A stretch of DNA of 42,523 nucleotides from Myxococcota bacterium (GTDB taxonomy: Bacteria > Myxococcota > JACRCW01), in contig JBFMGU010000067.1 of the NCBI GenBank assembly GCA_040752415.1, positions 1 through 42,523 on the forward strand. Direction: 5' to 3'. The position numbers and the translations under genes were made by a program. Numbering within the stretch: position 1 is the first letter of the stretch; every line of letters begins with the position of its first letter. A model generated the notes under the pieces. The model did not search any database. It saw only the letters and a program-made list of their open reading frames with translations, and was not told the origin of the DNA. Shown here piece by piece: positions 35,329 through 42,523 of this stretch.

Positions 35329-36566
35329 TATTCCGCCACGAAAGCGTTCTCCTCGCGGTCCAGGAACTGGTAGCGCGGCGTCCCTTCCACCCAGTACCAG
35401 CCGCCCAGCGCGGGCTGCGGGTGCATGCGGACGCGGTCGCCGCTGGCCAGCGTGGTCACCTTGCGCGTGGCCAGGTCCAGGAGATGGATGCGGTCTTCCA
35501 CGTAGCAGGACTCGTGACGGATGCGCTCATTCACCAGCACCTCCCGACGCGCGCCGTGCGTGTAGAACCGCACCTTCTCCCGCACGCTCCCCGCGGGGAG
35601 GCGGGTGCCGGCCATGTCGCGGTCACGCGGGGCGGGGATGTGTTGCTTGAAGCCCTCCGACGTCACCTCCAGCACCCCCTCGCGCGGATCGAGGACCAGG
35701 GCGCGGTCCACGTCGGTGGTGACGCACAGGCCGGACACCAGCGGCTGGCGGAAGGGTTTGCCGTCGTGGATGCTCACCTGCACCTCGCCGGCGCCGTGCA
35801 GGACCATGACGCCGGTGTGCATGTCGACGGTGGGCGGGTTGTGACATGGCACCGGGAAGTCCACGCGGGCTCCGTCGACGCGGGTGACGGTGAGCGTCTG
35901 GGGTGAGGTGCACTGGTACCAGCCCAGCAGACCGCGCTTGGAGCTGAGCATGGGCTCGGCCCCGTCGGGAACGCGCTCCAGCATGGGCTCGGGCCGTCCC
36001 GCAATCCACACCAGCCTGCGCGCCTTCACCTCGTCACAGCGCTCCCGGTTCACCACGGTGACGGCGTGCCCGGTGGGGAAGCGCCGCACCGACGTCACCG
36101 ACTCATCCTCCTCCAGCTTCAGCGGCGGAATGGGCAGTGGCGCCGCTTCCCGCGCGTCGAGAAGCAGCCAGCCTTCGGGCATCGCCACCAGGCCCAGCCC
36201 GTGGTGCAGGAGCACGCCGTGCAGCTTGCCGCCCAGCTTGGAGCCCTCTTCCACGTTGCCGCGCCAGCGGTGGGTGCCCACGCGCACGTCCAGCGCGTCG
36301 TCGACCTGACGGAGCGCCACCGCGTCATCCGCGCCGTCAAAGCACAAGGCGCCGCCATGGCAAGGCAGCTTGTCCGTCGTCATCTGGCCATTGGCCCAGC
36401 CCACCACGTGCAGGTCCTCCGCCTGCCGCAACACGCGCTGGCAATGCTCGGGCGCCACGCCGCTCATCAGACGCCGCACCTCCCGCGCGGGATCCACGGG
36501 CTCCTCGGTGCGCGGGCACGCCAGCGTGACCAGGACCAGCACGGGGACGAGGGAACGGGAGCGCAT
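35328..36566 (-). CDS. Hypothetical lipoprotein (beta-rich, possibly propeller-like)
   Basis: Signal peptide with lipobox TLAC; beta-strand-like repeats such as IHLLDLATRKVTTL. Confidence 0.6.
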   Translation of the reverse strand: MRSRSLVPVLVLVTLACPRTEEPVDPAREVRRLMSGVAPEHCQRVLRQAEDLHVVGWANGQMTTDKLPCHGGALCFDGADDAVALRQVDDALDVRVGTHRWRGNVEEGSKLGGKLHGVLLHHGLGLVAMPEGWLLLDAREAAPLPIPPLKLEEDESVTSVRRFPTGHAVTVVNRERCDEVKARRLVWIAGRPEPMLERVPDGAEPMLSSKRGLLGWYQCTSPQTLTVTRVDGARVDFPVPCHNPPTVDMHTGVMVLHGAGEVQVSIHDGKPFRQPLVSGLCVTTDVDRALVLDPREGVLEVTSEGFKQHIPAPRDRDMAGTRLPAGSVREKVRFYTHGARREVLVNERIRHESCYVEDRIHLLDLATRKVTTLASGDRVRMHPQPALGGWYWVEGTPRYQFLDREENAFVAE

Positions 36567-36588
36567 GACGTCGCAGGCTAGCACCGCG

Positions 36589-38241
36589 TCAGCGCAGGTC
36601 CCACGGCATCAACGCCCACACACCGGGGGCCAGCAGCTCCTTGAGCGTGCGCGGGAAGGGCTTGGGCGGAAGCAACGTGTGTCCCACGTTGTGGATCACC
36701 AGGAGCGGCGCGGTGGGATCGTCGGGGAGACCGGCGAGATTGCGCGCGCGGGCCACGGCCTCGGTGAGGTCACCCAGCCGGTCCACCAGGCCCAGGCCCA
36801 GCGCTTCCTCGCCGGTGTAGACGCGGCCGCCGCTGATGGGCTCCAGCTTCTCCTCCGCCATCTTCCGACCTTCCATCACGCGCCCCCGGAACTGCGCGTA
36901 GGAGGCCATCACCAGGTCGCGCAGCGCGGCGCGCTCGTCGTCGTTGGGCGGGACGGTGGCGGAGAACGTGCCGGTGCGACTGCCCCGCGTCAGCACCTCG
37001 GTGTTCACGCCCAGCTTGTCCAGCAGGCCGCGCGCCATGGGTCGGACCACAATCACGCCAATGCTGCCCGTCAGCGTGCCCGGCTGCGCCACGATCTCGC
37101 TGGCCGGCGCCGCCAGGTAGTACCCGCCCGACGCCGCGGCGTTCCCCATGGAGACCACCACCGGCTTGTGCGCGCGCAGCCGCAGCACCTCGCGCCAGAT
37201 GAGGTCGGAGGCAAACGCGTCGCCACCGCGGGAATCCACGTGGATGACCACCGCCGCCACGTGGTCCATGCGCTCCAGTTGTCGCAGGCTCTGGGCCACG
37301 CTGTCGGAGCCCACCTGGTCACCGGTGCCCAATGGCAGCGGAACCCGTTTTCCCGACGTGGGCCCCTGCATGATCGTCCCCACCACGGGAACCACGGCCA
37401 CCAGCTTCTTGTGCACGCGCAGCGGCGGCAGCACCAGGCGGGAGTGCGCCTCGTTCCATTCCAGGATCGTGGGCTTGCGCTCGCCTTCCTTGAGGTGCTC
37501 CTCCAGCTCGTCCTCGTAGAGCGTGGCGTCCACCAGGCCCACCTTGGCAGCGTCGGAAGCAAGCATGGGCATGCGACGCAGCAGCGCCTCCACGTCGTCC
37601 ACGGACTTCTTGCGCCCCTCCGCCATGCCCTGGCGCAACTGCTGGTAGCGCACGTTCATCACGCGTTCGAGCTGCGCGCGGTTCTCCTCGGACATGTTGC
37701 TGCGGACAAAGGGCTCTCCGGCGGACTTGTAGGGACTGACGGCCACCACCTCGGCGGCGAGGCCCACCTTGTCCAGCGCGTCCTTCAGGTAGTTGACCTC
37801 GGCGCGCAGGCCCATCACCAGCATCATGGCGCTGGGGGGCATGACGATCTCGTCGGCGGCGCAGGCCAGGTAGTACGTCTCCTCGTCGGCGCCCATCACG
37901 TACGCCAGCACGCGTTTCCCCGCCTTGCGCAGGCGCAGGATCTCGTCGCGGATGGACTGCACCGTGGCCCAGCCGGCATTCAGGTTGCGGATGCGCAGGA
38001 TGATGCCGCGGGTGCGGGGGTCGGCGGCCACACGCTGCATTTGTCGACGGAGCGCCATCAAGCTGTGCTGCGGCTGCGCGCCCAACAACCTGCGTTGCCA
38101 CCACTTCAGCCGCGGGGAGACCTCCGGCATGGCCCCCTTCACCTCGAGGCGGACCCAGTCCACGCGCGGATGACGCCACGCGCGGATCATGTTGCGGGTG
38201 TGACGCCAGAAGATGGCGGGGAGGAGCAGGAGTGCGCGCAT
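36589..38241 (-). CDS. sppA: Signal peptide peptidase SppA (S49), two-domain form
   Basis: YYLACAADEI, YKSAGE (catalytic Lys), DSRGG, SMGN.AASGGY (catalytic Ser), TGSIGV and GGRVYTG motifs. Confidence 0.9.
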   Translation of the reverse strand: MRALLLLPAIFWRHTRNMIRAWRHPRVDWVRLEVKGAMPEVSPRLKWWQRRLLGAQPQHSLMALRRQMQRVAADPRTRGIILRIRNLNAGWATVQSIRDEILRLRKAGKRVLAYVMGADEETYYLACAADEIVMPPSAMMLVMGLRAEVNYLKDALDKVGLAAEVVAVSPYKSAGEPFVRSNMSEENRAQLERVMNVRYQQLRQGMAEGRKKSVDDVEALLRRMPMLASDAAKVGLVDATLYEDELEEHLKEGERKPTILEWNEAHSRLVLPPLRVHKKLVAVVPVVGTIMQGPTSGKRVPLPLGTGDQVGSDSVAQSLRQLERMDHVAAVVIHVDSRGGDAFASDLIWREVLRLRAHKPVVVSMGNAAASGGYYLAAPASEIVAQPGTLTGSIGVIVVRPMARGLLDKLGVNTEVLTRGSRTGTFSATVPPNDDERAALRDLVMASYAQFRGRVMEGRKMAEEKLEPISGGRVYTGEEALGLGLVDRLGDLTEAVARARNLAGLPDDPTAPLLVIHNVGHTLLPPKPFPRTLKELLAPGVWALMPWDLR

Positions 38242-38244
38242 GGG

Positions 38245-39288
38245 TCAGAGCTTGGGGAGGTACTCGTCGGCGGTGCCCTGCAGCGGCTCGGAGGCCACGA
38301 ACTCCATGTTCGCCTTGCCCTTGCAGAGCAGCGTCGAGGCGGGCTGGTCGCCGGCAATGGCGGGAGTGATGTTCATGGCGCAGCTGGCCATGGGGAAGGC
38401 GCAGTTGAAGCGGTAGGACCCGTCGGTGTCGAGGTAGCGGACCTTCAGCGGGGCCATGCCAATGGCGTTCATCGTCACCTGCAGTCGACGTCCCTGCTCC
38501 TCGCCCACCATGTTCCACTGGCCCAGCTGCCACTCGGTGCGCGTGCCCTTCCCCAGCAGTCCGCCGAGGGGGCCCTTGAGATGCCGCAAGCGGTTCAGCG
38601 CGAAGGAGCGCCCATGCGCCTCAACGTGGAACGCGCACATCCTCGCGCCGCCCCGACGGGACGCCACGCCCTCGAACGACGCGCTGGGATCCTGCTCGAA
38701 CTCCCCGGCGCGGCCCCAGACCCACTCGTTCTGCATGCGGGAGCCCTCGGTGTGCCCCTGGTGTCCGCTGGCGTTCCCCAGCTCCACGCGCCTCCCGTCG
38801 ACGGAAACGTAGCCATTCATGCGCACAGAGCTGTTGGGAGAACGGTGTGAGCTCTTGCTCACCAGCTTGCGCAGCAGTGGACTCGCCAACGCCTCGACGG
38901 TGTGCGTGGCGGGCGTGAAGGAGAGGTCCCATTCCACGGTGCCGCGCTCGTCGCGCACGGAGCCGCGCATGCGACCATGCTCCACCAACCCCTGCGTCCC
39001 GAACTCCAGTCCCCAGGCGCCACCGGTGCGCTGCTTCATGGCGTCCTGCGGCAGGGGCGCGGTGAGCACGCGCGTCACTTCCGGGGAGTCGCCGTCGACG
39101 GGAATGGCCCACACGCGCGCTTCCTTCACGCCGGTGCTGGTGGTGAGCAGGGAATAGCGGAACCAGAAGCAGAACCGCTGCGTGGGGTGATTCACCAGCG
39201 AGTACCACTGCTCGTACTGCGGCACCGACGAGGGCCAGGTGCGGAGCAGCTCGTTGTCGCGGGCGTTGGGAGGTGGGTTGGGTGTCAT
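38245..39288 (-). CDS. Tocopherol cyclase / AttH-like beta-barrel protein
   Basis: YEQWY..FWFRYSL, VEWDLSF and GHQGH.EG....W.W pattern. Confidence 0.55.
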   Translation of the reverse strand: MTPNPPPNARDNELLRTWPSSVPQYEQWYSLVNHPTQRFCFWFRYSLLTTSTGVKEARVWAIPVDGDSPEVTRVLTAPLPQDAMKQRTGGAWGLEFGTQGLVEHGRMRGSVRDERGTVEWDLSFTPATHTVEALASPLLRKLVSKSSHRSPNSSVRMNGYVSVDGRRVELGNASGHQGHTEGSRMQNEWVWGRAGEFEQDPSASFEGVASRRGGARMCAFHVEAHGRSFALNRLRHLKGPLGGLLGKGTRTEWQLGQWNMVGEEQGRRLQVTMNAIGMAPLKVRYLDTDGSYRFNCAFPMASCAMNITPAIAGDQPASTLLCKGKANMEFVASEPLQGTADEYLPKL

Positions 39289-39923
39289 TGGTCCTCGTCC
39301 TCCACCACGCGCGGCGCCCGACGCACCCGTCGCTGGCGCGGCCCCGCTCGGGTGTCACCGTTCTTGTAGGCGTCGGAGTAGGCGGAGAGCACCGCGCGCG
39401 GCACCACGTAGAAGTTCGCGGCCAGGAACGCCACCACCCACACCGCGTCGAGGATGAGCACGGCGAGGACGAGCGGCGGGAACAGGCCGCCCACCTCGAA
39501 GGCGATCCACGTCAGGATGAGCATGGGCACCACGGACCAGGTCATCATCGTCGCCAGCGCGCCCAGCCAGAGGGCGGTGGCGGTGGACGGGACGCTGGGC
39601 GCGTCGCGGAAGGCGAGCTTGGGGGCCCACATCACGCTCCCCATTGGCGAGAGCAGCGAGAGGGCCACCCACAACGGCAGCTTGTTCTCCTGCACCTCGG
39701 GAGCCAGCTCCAGCTCGGAGAGGCCCGCGCCCTTGCGCAGGTATCCCCAGAGGCCCGGCTCCTCGGCGCCACGGCGACGCGGCCGCTCCGCCACGTCGTC
39801 ATCCACGCGTCCCACGTCGGTGGTGGCGTTGGGAGGGTCGTCCTCGTCGTAGACCGCTTGCGGGTGGGCCTGCGCCAGCAGCGCATGGGCCAGGACCACG
39901 GAGGCGATCAGGTGGGTCAACAC
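39285..39923 (-). CDS. Hypothetical membrane protein
   Basis: Signal-like N-terminus and about three TM helices. ATGA overlap with the downstream gene. Confidence 0.55.
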   Translation of the reverse strand: MLTHLIASVVLAHALLAQAHPQAVYDEDDPPNATTDVGRVDDDVAERPRRRGAEEPGLWGYLRKGAGLSELELAPEVQENKLPLWVALSLLSPMGSVMWAPKLAFRDAPSVPSTATALWLGALATMMTWSVVPMLILTWIAFEVGGLFPPLVLAVLILDAVWVVAFLAANFYVVPRAVLSAYSDAYKNGDTRAGPRQRRVRRAPRVVEDEDQ

Positions 39924-39970
39924 GGGGGCGGCACGCTACCAGGGCACGTCCGCAACCTCCACGCGCTCCC

Positions 39971-40589
39971 TCAACGCATCCCGCGTCGCCGACGCCACGC
40001 GAGCACGAAGGCCGTCCCCAGCAGCAACACCGCGTGCATCTCCGTGGCGGTGGCCTCCTGGCAGTCGCATGAGCTCCGGGTCCGTTGCGTCGTGGCGCCC
40101 GTGCGGATCGTCCCGTCGCCCACGCCACCAACGACAGCTGGCTCCACCGGTGTCACTGCACGCGCCTCGAACGCTCCCAGGTCCAACGCGCTGGCCCGAC
40201 GTCGGCAACTGCGGGTCTGTGGCCCCGGAGTACTCCGCGCGCGGCGCCCCCACGACGGAACCTCCGCCACCCCACGCGCCGCACTGGTCGGCGAGAGCGT
40301 GTCGTCACCGTGTTCCTCGTCGGAGAATCCCGGCTGCGCGCCCAGGACGCTGTCCACCAGGCCCTGCGTCTCCGTGCCCTCCGGGAACCAGGTGCGCGTC
40401 CCCATCAGCGTCCAGGTCCCGCCATCCAGGACGGCCCGCACCGCACCGTGCGTCCCGGTGACGACGTCAGCTCCACTCGCGGCACGTTGCCCAGCCGGTG
40501 ATGCCGTTGTCACTGTGGTGCCCCACGCTGTTGCGCACCGTCAGGTGATCCGCCGGCCACACACCATCCCGCCGCGCTCCACGCGCCAT
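39971..40589 (-). pseudogene. Degraded beta-helix / choice-of-anchor-Q-like surface protein with C-terminal sorting signal
   Basis: One frame gives HLTVRNSVGHHSDNGI then stops. A shifted frame (39971-40513) gives PGFSDEEHGDDTLSPTSAARG, LDLGAFE and SCDC + TM helix + RRRR. Confidence 0.5.
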
Positions 40590-40754
40590 GAAATAGCACC
40601 CCGTGAGCTCAGTCCCGTCGTGGAGAGCCGCGGACAGATGTCAAAGGGGACGGCGGCACGGGCCTCCACCGCGAGCGCGGACGCAAGGGCGGACAGGAGG
40701 GCTTGGCTCCACCGCCGGGTGACGGTACGGGTAGGCTCTTCCATGGAGGAACGC

Positions 40755-41222
40755 ATGTTGACCGAGGGCAGCAAGGCACCGCCGTTTGAGCTTCAAGGCA
40801 GTGATGGCCGCACGCATTCCCTGAAGGACTTCAAGGGCAAGCCGCTCGTCGTCTACTTCTACCCCCGGGACGACACGCCCGGCTGCACGCGGGAAGCCTG
40901 CGACTTCACCGACAAGCTCACCGCCATCCGACGCGCCGGCGCGGAAGTGGTGGGCATCAGCCCGGATTCTGTCGAGAGCCACAAGCGGTTCACAACCAAA
41001 CACGGCTTGAAGCACCTGCTGCTCGCGGATCCGGATCGCGAAGTGTCGACGGCGTGGGGCGTCTTCCGGGAAAAGGTGCTCTACGGCAAGAAGTCCATGG
41101 GCATTGTCCGCTCCACCTTCATCCTCGACGGGAGCGGCGTGGTGGTGAAGGCCTACAACAGCGTGAAGGTCGACGGCCACGTCGAGAAGGTGCTGGCCGA
41201 ATTGAAGTCCGTCACCGCATGA
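40755..41222 (+). CDS. bcp: Thioredoxin-dependent peroxiredoxin BCP/PrxQ
   Basis: YFYPRDDTPGCTREACDF, GISPD, SH..F and RSTF motifs. GGAGGA RBS. Confidence 0.93.
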   Translation: MLTEGSKAPPFELQGSDGRTHSLKDFKGKPLVVYFYPRDDTPGCTREACDFTDKLTAIRRAGAEVVGISPDSVESHKRFTTKHGLKHLLLADPDREVSTAWGVFREKVLYGKKSMGIVRSTFILDGSGVVVKAYNSVKVDGHVEKVLAELKSVTA

Positions 41223-42307
41223 AGCGTCGCTCCGTCCCGCCGCCCGCGCAGATGGACCTGTTCGGCTCGGTGCCCTCCCCGGCTCCGCCGCCGGCGGCCT
41301 CCCCACCGCTCACGTCGTCACGGCCGGTCTCCGCGCGGGAGCGCACCACGTCGCAGGACGTGATCCCCATGGGCCCCACGCCAGAGCAGCGTGAGATTGC
41401 CGCCGCGCTCCCGCCCAACATCATGCTTGGCACCAGCTCGTGGTCGTTCCCGGGTTGGCGCGGGATTGTCTACGCATCGGAGCACGCCGAGGGCACGCTG
41501 TCGCGACACGGCCTCAAGGCCTACGCGGCGCATCCGCTGCTGCGCACCGTGGGGCTGGACCGCTCGTACTACGGACCGGTGCCGGAGCAGGACCTGGCCG
41601 CGTACGCCACGCAGCTGCCGTCGGGATTCCGCTTCGTGGTGAAGACGTGGGAGGAGATCACGCTGCCGGTGTTTCCGCGTCACCGTCGCTACGGCCCGCG
41701 CGCCGGCCAGCGCTCCGAGCACTTCCTCAACGCCGACGTCATGAAGGACCTCTTCCTGCGTCCCTTCGAGGAAGCCTGTCCCTCGCACTGCGGTCCTTTC
41801 GTGCTGGAGTTCTCGCCCATGCCCACGGGCGCCTACGGCTCCCCCACGCACTTCTACGCGCGCCTGGATGCGTTCCTCTCCCAGCTCCCCACGCACTTCG
41901 AGTACGCGGTGGAGCTGCGCAACGCCGAGCTGATGACGCCGGACTATGCGGCCGTGCTCAAGCAGCACCGCGTGGGGCACGTGTACAACCGGTGGACGCG
42001 CACGCCACCCATCAGCCGTCAGCGTGAGCTGCTGGGTGACCCGTGGGGCCCCACCACCGTGGCGCGCATCATGCTCCCGGAAGGCGCCACCTATGAGAGC
42101 CGCATGGACGAGTGCTTCCCGTTCGACCGCATCATCAACCCTGACGAGCAGATGCGTGTCGACGTGGTGGAGCTGGCCCGCGACGCCATCCGGCGCCGCA
42201 CCCGCCTGATGGTTATCGTGAACAACAAGGCAGAGGGGAGCGCACCGCTGACGTGTTTTGCGCTGGCTGAACGCATCGTCACTGCGCTTGGCCTCAGCGC
42301 GGGCTGA
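41219..42307 (+). CDS. DUF72 family protein
   Basis: LGTSSWSFPGW.G, FRFVVK, YAVELRN and NNKAEGSAP motifs. ATGA overlap with bcp. Confidence 0.88.
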   Translation: MKRRSVPPPAQMDLFGSVPSPAPPPAASPPLTSSRPVSARERTTSQDVIPMGPTPEQREIAAALPPNIMLGTSSWSFPGWRGIVYASEHAEGTLSRHGLKAYAAHPLLRTVGLDRSYYGPVPEQDLAAYATQLPSGFRFVVKTWEEITLPVFPRHRRYGPRAGQRSEHFLNADVMKDLFLRPFEEACPSHCGPFVLEFSPMPTGAYGSPTHFYARLDAFLSQLPTHFEYAVELRNAELMTPDYAAVLKQHRVGHVYNRWTRTPPISRQRELLGDPWGPTTVARIMLPEGATYESRMDECFPFDRIINPDEQMRVDVVELARDAIRRRTRLMVIVNNKAEGSAPLTCFALAERIVTALGLSAG

Positions 42308-42367
42308 AGCGGTGGACAAGGAAGGCCTCGTCGGGAGATAGAGCCGCATCGCCCCCGTGGAGGGTGC

Positions 42368-42523
42368 ATGGCTGCCCGTCGGAAATCGTCCGTTCGCAAG
42401 AAGAGCCCCGTGCGCAAGAAGACCACGCGCAAGGGTGCCGCCCGCAAGAAGCCCACCGCGCGTCGCAAGACCGCTGCCCGCAAGAAGCCCGCGCGCACCA
42501 AGGCCAGCACTTCACGCAAGGCC
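42368..42523 (+). CDS. Lys/Arg-rich histone H1-like N-terminus (truncated by window edge)
   Basis: GGAGG RBS then ATG 42368: MAARRKSSVRKKSPVRKKTTRKGAARKKPTARRKTAARKKPARTKASTSRKA. The frame is open to the window end and is absent from the supplied ORF track. Confidence 0.65.
   Translation, partial: MAARRKSSVRKKSPVRKKTTRKGAARKKPTARRKTAARKKPARTKASTSRKA

Overview
A GC-rich, gene-dense chromosomal window, most likely from a myxobacterium (Myxococcota). This is inferred from the Myxococcus-type Cys-rich repeat protein, MYXO-CTERM-like C-termini, many lipoproteins and a PilT paralogue. About 36 probable genes are supported. They include four peptidases (M50-CBS, DPP-III/M49-like, M16, SppA), a large GAF/PAS histidine kinase, thiolase, AlkD, a PilT-family ATPase in a tight five-gene operon, a cupredoxin, a queuosine-precursor transporter, YjbQ, NifU, BCP and DUF72. 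No rRNA, tRNA, CRISPR array, transposase or integrase is visible. The most unusual signals are non-coding: a ~440-bp nested palindrome filling a whole intergenic region (34891-35328); three copies of a two-hairpin element with compensatory base changes and variable 21-22 nt loops (18348-18620); a REP-doublet-like inverted repeat (13444-13660); and an internally deleted second copy of alkD (14747-14966) bracketing a laminin-B/Ig lipoprotein gene. The best protein-level candidate for an undescribed system is the pseudo-receiver/DUF4388 - GT-C - FemAB-like GNAT - non-canonical cNMP-binding - PilT operon. All family calls come from motif recognition by eye; no database searches were run.
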